The translations under genes and the position numbers were made by a program. A model generated the notes under the pieces. It saw only the letters and a list, made by a program, of their open reading frames with translations. It did no database searches and had not been told where the DNA came from. From positions 15,170 through 79,169 of IMG/VR virus record IMGVR_UViG_3300021963_003887: DNA of 64,000 nucleotides; one strand, written 5' to 3'. Below are positions 9,145 through 17,979 of this stretch, piece after piece. Numbering within the stretch: position 1 is the stretch's first letter; each line of letters opens with the position of its first letter. The stretch is from a virus (Duplodnaviria; Caudoviricetes).

Positions 9145-9610
9145 AGGAGTGAGCGATGCTCACTCGTGTCTATCGCTAACGCTCAGACACATTTTTTTTA
9201 GAGTTAACTGCGAAGCAGTTTTAACTATTATCCAGATTGTTTCAGTCAGACGGAACCTATCTACATGGTTCCGTCTTTGCTTGGGCATTATCCGAGTTGC
9301 AACAGCCAAGACATTGGAAGTAGGTGTTTTTACCGTATGCTAATGGGCTCTGACCTTTCCCAACCTACGTCGACTCGCTTAATTTTAAGCGTCTTAGACC
9401 TCGTTCCTAGTGTCTAAGTTTTTATAGCACGGTTTTTCGTATGCTAACAATCATACTATAGCAATGCGTCGGGCATATGGTTCGAACCCTCTGACTCACT
9501 TCCGATTTTTCAGGATACTGGAATTCCTCCAGGGGAGTGCCTTACTATGTTTCGTGTGCCGTTTCTTACGCGGCCCTTTCACAGCGGTATTACAAACTGG
9601 CCCGCCAACC
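9145..9610 (-). ncRNA. candidate large structured non-coding RNA (~470 nt)
   Basis: only long intergenic gap in the window; GC-richer than flanks; many stems (9248-9276 10-bp perfect, 9376-9391, 9393-9418, 9425-9446, 9320-9368, 9147-9165, 9206-9220); G-U pairs and A-rich loops favour the minus strand. Confidence 0.6.
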
Positions 9611-9871
9611 TTAAGTGTTAGATGAAATGTAGCCTTTTGGTAACCAAGTAATAAATTTGCCTCCGCAACTATTACAGATTACTTTGCCTGCGTGTGGACC
9701 TGTCGGTTTATTGATGATTTCCCAATGATGATCTTTGTGAACGCCTAAATGATCTTGTAGTTTTGCCCGCTGACTATGCCATTTTTGATCAAAACCTTGC
9801 TTTGGATTACGATAATAATCTGAATTTAACACACTATTAACGGGGTTTCTATTCCAGTTTAGCTTGGTCAT
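9611..9871 (-). CDS. small hypothetical protein with putative zinc ribbon
   Basis: 86 aa; GPHAGKVICNSCGGKFITWLPK (H..CxxC). Confidence 0.6.
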   Translation of the reverse strand: MTKLNWNRNPVNSVLNSDYYRNPKQGFDQKWHSQRAKLQDHLGVHKDHHWEIINKPTGPHAGKVICNSCGGKFITWLPKGYISSNT

Positions 9872-9887
9872 TATTAAAAAATGGTTC

Positions 9888-10322
9888 TTATTTTGCCTTT
9901 TTATGTTCTTCTAGACGCTGTCTAAGTATGTTTGATCCGCCAACTCTGACGTTTATAATGCCATTATAATAGTCATCTGTTTCTAAAACTCTGCGTTCAA
10001 ACTGCTCTCTAGCCTCTAGATATGACATTTCTGCCTTGGATTTACAGTAGTAAAGTATTTCTCTAGTGAAGTTTTCCGGACCTAATGCTTGGACGTCTGC
10101 GTTGAGCCTATCAGAAGAACCAAAGTAGTCACGCCAATCGCTTTCTACTACTGATCTTCTTTTAAGTTTTTTGCCTTTAAGGGGTGGTTTAGTACGTTTG
10201 AATTGAGCTAATTTCTTGCCTATGTACTTCTGTCCGGTTTTGAGATTCGTGATGAGATAAACAAAGCCAATATAGCCTTCGGGAATTTCTTCTACGGGTT
10301 GATTTTGGTATGTCCACAGCAC
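9888..10322 (-). CDS. GIY-YIG family nuclease (Seg-like, stand-alone catalytic domain)
   Basis: GFVYLITNLKTGQKYIGKK, YFGSS, F.REIL, conserved E and YN. Confidence 0.8.
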   Translation of the reverse strand: MLWTYQNQPVEEIPEGYIGFVYLITNLKTGQKYIGKKLAQFKRTKPPLKGKKLKRRSVVESDWRDYFGSSDRLNADVQALGPENFTREILYYCKSKAEMSYLEAREQFERRVLETDDYYNGIINVRVGGSNILRQRLEEHKKAK

Positions 10323-10553
10323 TCACTTAGTTATTTTTGGGGGTCTGCCTAACATGCCTTTTCTGGCTGCTTTACGTTGTTGCCTTTTTTCTTGTATTTC
10401 TACACGCCTAACACTTGCCTCGTTGCGTATTTCTGATAGCCAATATCTTGCCTTTATTCCTGCCTCGTCAGATCCTTTGTACTCAAAGCGGTCCTGCCAC
10501 TTAAAGTACTCTTGGAATGCCTTGATCATACGATCGTGAGCATCTGTGCTCAA
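10323..10553 (-). CDS. small basic protein, resembles histone H1-like Hc1 family
   Basis: KG...AG.KAR..LSEI......RR.EIQEKR pattern, K/R-rich tail; TTG start overlapping the gp46 stop. Confidence 0.5.
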   Translation of the reverse strand: MSTDAHDRMIKAFQEYFKWQDRFEYKGSDEAGIKARYWLSEIRNEASVRRVEIQEKRQQRKAARKGMLGRPPKITK

Positions 10554-12328
10554 GCTACGATCTCCACATCATTCGAATAACTGGTAAAACCGTTTTCTTT
10601 TATTACTTTTAGCACATGATTCACCCTGCTGGTTAGGTCGTCTCTATGCGATATTAAGAACACATTCTTATTGCGTTCACGTGTCATGCGTTTCAATACT
10701 GCGATAGAACTCTCAACACCGCTAGAATCCATGCCGCTGTCTACTAATTCGTCAATGAACAACAGATTAATTGGCTGATATAGGTTTTCCCACACATCAC
10801 GGAATGCCCAACTTAGACTTAATATCAGTCTATTACGCTCTCCACGGCTCAAGTTATCAAAATCTAGGTCTTGTCCTAGCTGTGTAATGATCACTGATAG
10901 GTCGTTTTGGAATTCTACTATGTGTGGCAAGCCGATCTTGTCCAGATAATAAGTTAACCGCTGATTCAAGAACGCTAGATTTTGATCAATAATACGTTTG
11001 CGTACAAAACTGTCTTTGTTAGTCAACAATTTGTATAGAAACTCTTGATGATCCTTGAGTTTTGTTAACTCATTAACTGCTTCCCAGTCTATTTCTTGTA
11101 CTGCGGTATTTTTTAAATCATCAATCTGTTCAGCATACGGATTGGTTTCTGCTTCTTTGATAGTGATATCTTTTTCTAAACCAGATAATGTGTTTTTATG
11201 ATTTAGAGCTTCTTCGAGATTATCATAACTTACCTGCGGACAAGCATTAAGTTCGCCTAGTAACACCAGTGCTTCTCTAAGGGTATCTAACTCTTTTTGG
11301 TGTTCATTAACAGAATTAGCACTATCTTCTAATTGTTTGGTTTTAGTAGACACCATACTTTCATGTTTTTCGTCATGTAAGTCTTGTCCACAGCTATGAC
11401 ATTTATGATCGGCTAATAGACTTAATTCTTTTTCTAGTTTGTCTAGTGTTTTTTGTTCTTTTTCAAAAGTAGTAACCTGTTTTGCGATCATCGCAGTTAG
11501 ATTATCGTGTTCTTTTTTGTTTTTGTTCCACTCTATCAGAGCACGTTGGTTAATAATTTCCTGATCGATATCAATAGTACCTAATATATCGATACTTTTT
11601 CTAAGGTTCTCTAAAGCCTTTTCTTTTTGATCTTCCCAGAGTTTTTGTTTACGTTCTAAACTTTCAATACTTTGTTGTATTTTTTCGTTAGAGATCTTAA
11701 TAGTCTCTATCCTTGTGTTTTCTGTAGCAATAGCATCTTTAGTCTGCTTGACTTGTTCTTTGAGATTTTCTGCTTTCTCGCTGAGCAGCGTGATACCTAA
11801 GAGCTGCTCAATAATTGATCGTTGATCAGCAGCCTTCATTGATAAGAATGGCTCGGTGTAGGTATTCAAAGCCACAAGGTGTTTGAACATTTCGTGCGTC
11901 ATTCCAAACATTTCTTCGATGGCTTTTTGTGTCTCTCTAGAATCGCCTTGACTTTCGTCTAGATCATCTAGCTCTTGTTCTTGGCCGTTGACACTAAACT
12001 TTAATAAGTTAGGCTTACGTCCGCGTTCGATATGATACTCGATACCGTCTTTTTCGAAAGTCACGGTGGCTAACATTCCCTTGCCGTTGATTTTATTAAC
12101 AAGGTTGTCTTTCTTAATATTGGTCAAAGCATTGCCGTAGATAGCATAGCTCAGTCCGTTGATGATTGTAGTTTTACCAGTGCCGTTACGAGCACCGCTG
12201 TCATCACCACCTAGGTCTAAATTTTCACCTAACACCAAAGTTAATTGCCCGCGGTCAAAATCAATAGCTTGGGTTTGATTCCCCACACTCATAAAATTTT
12301 TAACAGTAAGATTTTTTATTTTAATCAT
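10550..12328 (-). CDS. gp46: recombination endonuclease ATPase subunit (SbcC/Rad50, T4 gp46-like)
   Basis: Walker A NGTGKTT, coiled coil with CHSC zinc hook, signature LSRGE, Walker B LFIDE, ISH. Confidence 0.95.
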   Translation of the reverse strand: MIKIKNLTVKNFMSVGNQTQAIDFDRGQLTLVLGENLDLGGDDSGARNGTGKTTIINGLSYAIYGNALTNIKKDNLVNKINGKGMLATVTFEKDGIEYHIERGRKPNLLKFSVNGQEQELDDLDESQGDSRETQKAIEEMFGMTHEMFKHLVALNTYTEPFLSMKAADQRSIIEQLLGITLLSEKAENLKEQVKQTKDAIATENTRIETIKISNEKIQQSIESLERKQKLWEDQKEKALENLRKSIDILGTIDIDQEIINQRALIEWNKNKKEHDNLTAMIAKQVTTFEKEQKTLDKLEKELSLLADHKCHSCGQDLHDEKHESMVSTKTKQLEDSANSVNEHQKELDTLREALVLLGELNACPQVSYDNLEEALNHKNTLSGLEKDITIKEAETNPYAEQIDDLKNTAVQEIDWEAVNELTKLKDHQEFLYKLLTNKDSFVRKRIIDQNLAFLNQRLTYYLDKIGLPHIVEFQNDLSVIITQLGQDLDFDNLSRGERNRLILSLSWAFRDVWENLYQPINLLFIDELVDSGMDSSGVESSIAVLKRMTRERNKNVFLISHRDDLTSRVNHVLKVIKENGFTSYSNDVEIVA

Positions 12329-13335
12329 AAGTCTCTGTAAATGTCCAACAATAATTTTTTGTCGTAGGAATCGCTTTCGATAGCATCGATCTGATTCATT
12401 ACGATAGTATCAACAGATTCAAAATTAACGTCTATGGCCACAGCATTGCTTTCTACCTCTACTTTTTCGGGTATAAGCATAAGTTCTCTAAGATTATACT
12501 GAGGTATAAACTGTTCTTTGATAAAGTTAGCCTCTTCAAATGTGATAGGTAGATCTATAGTGACTCTACAGTGCATTTTTTCTTTAAGCAAAGAATCCGG
12601 GCTATCTATAATTTGGCTCAACTTGTAGGTTCTAAATGTAGGCTGATTAGGCCAAACACGATATTCGGGCTTGCTGCCCCATTCTAACATCATCATGCCT
12701 CTATCGTCATCACCGGCATCGGCATAATTATGCGGAAAGGCATTACCAATGTAAGTGATGTTCCTGCTGGTTTGACGCTTATGGAAGTGTCCAGAGAATA
12801 CATATTCTTGATTTACAAAATGTGTGCTCTGTAGTTGTCCATGGTCAGGCATCTGTACCATAGCATTCATGTAGAAATTTGGAAGCTCGAGGTGTCCAAA
12901 AATATAACGACTCTTGATCTTAGGAACCCGTTGCCATTCGTCGCCCACTAGCCACGGTAGAATAGTAACATCGCCTTCGGTAAATGGATCTCTAATGGGT
13001 ACTACATTAGGAAACAATCTCATAAACTCTATAGAGTTAATTTCACGTTTGTCTTTATAAAATAGATCGTGGTTTCCTAGAATAAAATATACTTTTTCAA
13101 AGTTTTGACTTAGTCGTTCTAGATTCGAAACGGTATAGTTCATGGTACTAACATCAGTGGTCGCACGATTGTGATGCCAGTCGCCTAAAAATATAGCAGT
13201 TTCGCAACCTTCGTCCTTGGCAGTGTCGCAAAACCATTTGACAAATCCTTCACAATCGGCGTTATGCGTTCGACTGCCCGATTTTAATCCAAAATGTATA
13301 TCTGTAAAACACGCTGCTTTTTTGAATAGACTCAT
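12325..13335 (-). CDS. gp47: recombination endonuclease nuclease subunit (SbcD/Mre11, T4 gp47-like)
   Basis: metallophosphoesterase motifs DIHFG, GDWHH, GNHD, GH, SGHFH. Confidence 0.95.
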   Translation of the reverse strand: MSLFKKAACFTDIHFGLKSGSRTHNADCEGFVKWFCDTAKDEGCETAIFLGDWHHNRATTDVSTMNYTVSNLERLSQNFEKVYFILGNHDLFYKDKREINSIEFMRLFPNVVPIRDPFTEGDVTILPWLVGDEWQRVPKIKSRYIFGHLELPNFYMNAMVQMPDHGQLQSTHFVNQEYVFSGHFHKRQTSRNITYIGNAFPHNYADAGDDDRGMMMLEWGSKPEYRVWPNQPTFRTYKLSQIIDSPDSLLKEKMHCRVTIDLPITFEEANFIKEQFIPQYNLRELMLIPEKVEVESNAVAIDVNFESVDTIVMNQIDAIESDSYDKKLLLDIYRDL

Positions 13336-13341
13336 AAAGTT

Positions 13342-13370
13342 ATTATACTATTTTTGTTATAAAAGATCAA
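13342..13370 (-). promoter_or_regulatory. sigma70-type promoter for gp47-gp46 (TTGATC-17-TATAAT), probably leaderless
   Basis: -35 at 13370-13365, -10 at 13347-13342, ATG 6 nt downstream. Confidence 0.65.
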
Positions 13371-14221
13371 TCCCAATCACCGCCTTCGGTGGTAACTGGA
13401 CCAGGAGCAGCAACGCCGCCCCCCCCGCCACTGTTCTGTCTAGTCCAACTAGGATTCATTCCATTCATTTCAAGAATGTCGTCTCGAATGTTTTGATTGC
13501 GTTTCTCAATGTTGATAATTCTAACGAATGAGTTAGTAACAGCAGCGGTATAATAAGCAAAAGGATTATTAGATTTACTTTCATCGAATTGTAGTCCTAT
13601 CTGAGTTAGTTGTAGAATAGCCTGCCCTTTCATCTCATCGTTATAGGTATAACCACGAACGTTACCGCGGGTGGCATAGCGTTCGCAGAGTTTGATAAAC
13701 ATACGGGCTAGGTCATTGGTCATCTGACCGTGATCCTTACAGAACTCTCCGGAGTCAATGCCTCCCTTCCAATGACTTTTTCCAACACATATAAGATTGT
13801 TATTCTCGTCATATTTCCAGTGCTGGAACGGCGGAAAGTTAACCTTTTCATGGCTGTCTGCTCTAGATTTAACTGTCTTTTTACGACCCGGTGCTAAGGG
13901 TATATGATCAAAGGTCATGATCCTAAACACAAGATCGTGTTTGTTAATTTTTTTATAATCTATTTCTGAATCTTTAGCAGATGCTTTTTTATTAGTCTGT
14001 TGTGCTATTTCGTGTGCCTTCTTGCTTTCTTTGGCGGCCCTATTTCTTTTGGCTTCTGCTACGGTTCTTACATTTAGTTTGTCAAGATTGGGTATTATTA
14101 GATCATAATCTGAATATTCTGGACTGGTATAAAAACAAAATGTATTTTTACTTCTGTGTATTTCTGCTAGTAAATCCTTGTTTGTTAAGTACTTTACTTT
14201 TGGTGGTTGTATTATCGTCAT
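13367..14221 (-). CDS. gp55: late transcription sigma factor, T4 gp55-like
   Basis: YLTNKDLLAEI, RGYTYNDEM, QFDESKSNNPFAYYT...NSF.R.INIEKR; matching TATAAATA boxes occur upstream of structural genes. Confidence 0.85.
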   Translation of the reverse strand: MTIIQPPKVKYLTNKDLLAEIHRSKNTFCFYTSPEYSDYDLIIPNLDKLNVRTVAEAKRNRAAKESKKAHEIAQQTNKKASAKDSEIDYKKINKHDLVFRIMTFDHIPLAPGRKKTVKSRADSHEKVNFPPFQHWKYDENNNLICVGKSHWKGGIDSGEFCKDHGQMTNDLARMFIKLCERYATRGNVRGYTYNDEMKGQAILQLTQIGLQFDESKSNNPFAYYTAAVTNSFVRIINIEKRNQNIRDDILEMNGMNPSWTRQNSGGGGGVAAPGPVTTEGGDWD

Positions 14222-14244
14222 CTATTGATTCCTCTGGAAATATA

Positions 14245-14253
14245 ATAATAGCA
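14245..14253 (-). promoter_or_regulatory. possible extended -10 promoter (TGcTATTAT) for the late sigma gene
   Basis: TGn plus -10-like hexamer upstream of a GAGG SD; no good -35. Confidence 0.35.
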
Positions 14254-14265
14254 CATTTTTAAGAA

Positions 14266-14273
14266 AATAAATA
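14266..14273 (+). promoter_or_regulatory. late promoter-like AATAAATA for the baseplate operon
   Basis: upstream of an AAGGA SD and the 14293 start. Confidence 0.6.
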
Positions 14274-14292
14274 GTCTAAAGGATACCAATTT

Positions 14293-15312
14293 ATGCCATT
14301 ACCATTAAACACGGAAACTACTATCGGCGGAGTAGCGGTCGTTGTGAAGTCAGTTCCGGAGAAGTCATCGGGGCCAAATAGAGGCGGCCGTAGCGATACT
14401 CCCCAGAATGCTGCCGATCAGGCGGTAAGTGCTTATGCCGCCCCGGGCGGTAGTAATAGTTATAACAATAGGCCTAAGGGATTCAACATTCCTGATTTTA
14501 GCGGATTAGATAAGGCTTTAGGAATCCTAGGAACGGCAGCTGCTCTAATATCATCTGGAAAATCTGCGTATGAAAATGTTAAAGATCTAAAGTTTGATTT
14601 CGGTGCCTTATCGTATAACCGATTAACAACTACCTCTGTACCAACCCTAAACCTGTGGTCTTCTGCGGTTGATCTCGGTGAAAGAAATACAACTAGACGC
14701 AGTGTTCTCGGCGACTCTCGTATACGGTTGAATACTGATTTTACTGTTTTTAACGGCAATTCAGGAAATCCATACTTTAAACGGTTAATAGAAACCGGAG
14801 GTTTACTATTTCCCTATACCCCAAATATTTCTCTAACATACAAAGCTAATTATACAGGCACTGAAGGAATAGTTCATTCAAATTTTCCTTTTCAAGCATA
14901 TAAAAATAGTCAGATCGAAGATATAACTATACAAGGTGAATTTACAGTACAAAATGCTGCCGAAGGGCAATACTGGTTAGCAGCAAATCATTTCCTGCGT
15001 TCCGCTACTAAAATGTTTTATGGTAAATCAGTCCCTGCCGGATTTCCGCCAGTGGTGTGTACGTTAACTGGCTACGGGCCAGAAATGTTGCCTTCTCTGC
15101 CAGTGGTAGTTAAATCTTTTCAGGTAGACCTTAAAGATAACGTGCAGTATCTAACAGTTCCGTCATTGGTACAGGCTGGAGCAGGCGGAAACAACAGTGT
15201 TCCAATGCACAGTACTATAACAGTTATTCTTAGCCCTATGTACAATAGAGAACAAACACGAAGAGAATTTAATCTTGCTGATTACTCAGCAGGCAGATTA
15301 ACAGGATTTTAA
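14293..15312 (+). CDS. baseplate/tail-tube initiator protein (gp48/gp54-like)
   Basis: FPYTPNIS..Y.ANY, ITIQGEFT, PPVVCTL.GYG, PVVVKSF; position before the gp53-like gene. Confidence 0.55.
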   Translation: MPLPLNTETTIGGVAVVVKSVPEKSSGPNRGGRSDTPQNAADQAVSAYAAPGGSNSYNNRPKGFNIPDFSGLDKALGILGTAAALISSGKSAYENVKDLKFDFGALSYNRLTTTSVPTLNLWSSAVDLGERNTTRRSVLGDSRIRLNTDFTVFNGNSGNPYFKRLIETGGLLFPYTPNISLTYKANYTGTEGIVHSNFPFQAYKNSQIEDITIQGEFTVQNAAEGQYWLAANHFLRSATKMFYGKSVPAGFPPVVCTLTGYGPEMLPSLPVVVKSFQVDLKDNVQYLTVPSLVQAGAGGNNSVPMHSTITVILSPMYNREQTRREFNLADYSAGRLTGF

Positions 15313-15314
15313 TA

Positions 15315-15614
15315 ATGGCCAACTATAAAAATACATCACCTTGGTTTAAGACTAGACAAAATTCTCTTTACCTAGACATCTTAAAGATTAGACCAGTACC
15401 GTCTAGCGACACTGATTTTACCTACATCATAGATACAAAATATAAACATAGGCCAGATCTACTGGCTTACGATCTTTATGGAACACCTAAGCTGTGGTGG
15501 GTATTTGTACAAAGAAACATGTCTATTATCAAAGATCCCATATATGATTTTGAACCGGGATTAGAAATAAAAATACCTCAAAAAAATAATCTAATGAATT
15601 ATCTAGGAATATAA
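15315..15614 (+). CDS. gp53: baseplate wedge protein gp53-like (LysM fold)
   Basis: RPDLLAYDLYGTPKLWWVF...N...DP..D...G..IKIP. Confidence 0.8.
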   Translation: MANYKNTSPWFKTRQNSLYLDILKIRPVPSSDTDFTYIIDTKYKHRPDLLAYDLYGTPKLWWVFVQRNMSIIKDPIYDFEPGLEIKIPQKNNLMNYLGI

Positions 15615-15615
15615 G

Positions 15616-17958
15616 ATGGCTGATCAAGTTACACCTGCTACTGCTTCGCCCCTAAATGCTGTAGTGGGGGGCACGTTGCCAGACCGGGCAATAGTTGACT
15701 TAAGAAAAGAACTAGACAGCGGTAGTCCTGCTAAAGAATTTGCCAATGTTGAAGATAATATTTTAAAATATTATACTAATGTTACTCCTGTTTTTACCTT
15801 AGCACCATTAACACCAACAAATTTAGATTCTTTGCAATCTAACGGAACGTTTGGTACTGCTTTACAAAATGTAGTGCTATCATCTGCTGGGCGATATGAT
15901 GCTGAGCGGGTTACTACTTTTTATGGTTCGCCTGAATATTTTATCAACAACGTTGAAATTTACACGTTTGCTACCCCGACAAAAATATCTGGTCTCTCCG
16001 GCAACCTTACTATAAATTTTGATGTTCATGAGCCTTATAGCTTAGGCCTATTCATGCAGAGTTTACAAACCGCTGCTATCAAATCCGGATATACAAATTA
16101 TGTAGAATGTGCTTGGTTATTAAGGATAGAATTTCTTGGATATACGCCTAATACTTTTAAACAACAGATAATCCCAGGTACAACTAGAGATTATCCAATA
16201 AAATTACAACAAATACAGTTCACGTCTAACGAAGGCGGCAGCAAGTATACTGTGAGATGTTTAGATTTTAATCTTGAAGCATTTAATAATGTATATGGAA
16301 GTGTGGAAGGTAGTATAACAGTTGAAGGCAGCACTGTTGGAGAAGTTCTTGCGGATTTAACTAAAAAACTAAACGAGGCACAACTAAAATTAAAAGACAG
16401 TAAATTAATACTTAATGAGGATACGTATAAAATTATAGTATCCGGAGCCGAACCAGATAAAATTTTAAAATCTAAATTTGTTAACGCAGACGGACAACCT
16501 GCCGAGCGTGGATCAAACAGTACTAATGTTAAAAACGAATCTGAAGATAGGAATCAAAAACAAGGAGGAAAACGAAGTTTTTCTTTTCCTGCCTTAGAAG
16601 GTCGCCCTCGAAAAATTGAAGACATTATTAAAGAAATAATGAAAACTTCTGAGTACTGTGTTAATGCTCTAAAAAATATTCCAAAGGATGGTTATGTTGT
16701 TTGGTACAGGCCTTCAGCAAAATTAAAATATAAAGGTCAAAAATTTCAGTTAGATACTGTGCAAAACAGACCGGCATACGACATAGAATATTATATTAGG
16801 CCTTACAGAGCTCATCATTCAAATTGGAAACTGCCTTCAGACGAAACCAAAGGATTCGCCCCCGACGATATCCCTGCCCAAATTAAAAAGAAATATGATT
16901 ATCTGTACACCGGACAAAATGATGATATTATTCGTTGGGAACTAAAATTTGACAATACTTTTTATACTGCTATGTCAGCTCAAGGATATAATAGTCAACG
17001 AGGAGCCATCGACAGCGACGGAAAAACTATCAAACCTGAAGACATAGGAGGAAACGAACCTGGCACTAATGTCAAAGGGTTAACTTTAGAAACCCATGCA
17101 GGAAGAATGTTAAGAGATAAAAGATCATCTTATAGTGCTCCACAGGGCGGAGGCACCAAAGATACAGCAGAAATAAGAGTAGCCAGGGCCTTTGAACAGG
17201 CCATGTTGTTAGATACAGAAATGATAATGTTAGATCTCACTATACTAGGTGACCCATACTATCTAACTAAATCTGGAGTTTTTATAGACAATGTAGCACC
17301 AGTAGCAGCAGGTGCCCAGATCAATAGTGACGGAACGATGGCCAGCGAAGAAGTTGAAATTCGACTTTATCTAAGATTTAAAAGTCCAATTGATGCTCCT
17401 CGTACTGGAAGGTCGCTGTTCCTATTTCCAGCAGCTGGTTTTACAGATAGTCCTTACAGCGGCTTGTTTAGAATCAGAACAGTTAAAAGTAAATTTGTTG
17501 ATGGCGTTTTTACACAAGAATTAAATTTATTTAGAGATCGAGGACAACAACCTGAAGAATTAATTAATCAGAAATCAGATCCATTCTTACAAAGTCCAGG
17601 ACTATCACCTACTCCTGATCCTAATAGGGCTCAGGTAAAAGCAACCACAGCAGCAGCATCAGCCGCTCCGGCTATCATAAACGCTCCAGAAGTATCTGCC
17701 TCACCTGCGGCCGCTCCTAATGCTAAGGTTGACGTTACAACAGGCAACGTAACTGTTACCGAATCAGCTACCGTGAAGGTAGAGACATTCCCAGTACCCT
17801 CAGATACAATTGAAATTACTAATCAATGGAGAGCTTCAGACTTATCAAATAAACCTCCATTTGAGGGTTTTAAGAAAACCGGCCCTAACGTTCAAAAAAT
17901 CGAGGTTACCCCTGAAATACGAGATGCTTTAGATGCCGTAGAGAACAAAACAGATTAA
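15616..17958 (+). CDS. baseplate hub protein (gp27-like)
   Basis: between gp53 and the spike gene; LTILGDP and YSGLFRI..VKSKF..G.FTQEL.L.R motifs. Confidence 0.6.
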   Translation: MADQVTPATASPLNAVVGGTLPDRAIVDLRKELDSGSPAKEFANVEDNILKYYTNVTPVFTLAPLTPTNLDSLQSNGTFGTALQNVVLSSAGRYDAERVTTFYGSPEYFINNVEIYTFATPTKISGLSGNLTINFDVHEPYSLGLFMQSLQTAAIKSGYTNYVECAWLLRIEFLGYTPNTFKQQIIPGTTRDYPIKLQQIQFTSNEGGSKYTVRCLDFNLEAFNNVYGSVEGSITVEGSTVGEVLADLTKKLNEAQLKLKDSKLILNEDTYKIIVSGAEPDKILKSKFVNADGQPAERGSNSTNVKNESEDRNQKQGGKRSFSFPALEGRPRKIEDIIKEIMKTSEYCVNALKNIPKDGYVVWYRPSAKLKYKGQKFQLDTVQNRPAYDIEYYIRPYRAHHSNWKLPSDETKGFAPDDIPAQIKKKYDYLYTGQNDDIIRWELKFDNTFYTAMSAQGYNSQRGAIDSDGKTIKPEDIGGNEPGTNVKGLTLETHAGRMLRDKRSSYSAPQGGGTKDTAEIRVARAFEQAMLLDTEMIMLDLTILGDPYYLTKSGVFIDNVAPVAAGAQINSDGTMASEEVEIRLYLRFKSPIDAPRTGRSLFLFPAAGFTDSPYSGLFRIRTVKSKFVDGVFTQELNLFRDRGQQPEELINQKSDPFLQSPGLSPTPDPNRAQVKATTAAASAAPAIINAPEVSASPAAAPNAKVDVTTGNVTVTESATVKVETFPVPSDTIEITNQWRASDLSNKPPFEGFKKTGPNVQKIEVTPEIRDALDAVENKTD

Positions 17959-17979
17959 TTAGCAAACTAGGAAATAATA

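Noticed and set aside
9149-9343. 64-aa plus-strand ORF in the structured region
   Set aside because: Starts inside a hairpin, opposes the flanking genes and has no recognisable protein features
9460-9500. tRNA suggested by GGTTCGAACC
   Set aside because: No 5-bp T-stem, acceptor stem, D-arm or anticodon arm on either strand; kept only as a T-loop-like motif in the ncRNA candidate
9145-9871. Group I intron or homing-endonuclease element
   Set aside because: No interrupted gene (both flanks are complete ORFs) and no recognisable P7 core by eye
13419-13426. G8 tract in the late sigma gene as a phase-variation switch
   Set aside because: Encodes a poly-Gly linker ~15 codons from the end, so slippage would alter only the disordered tail
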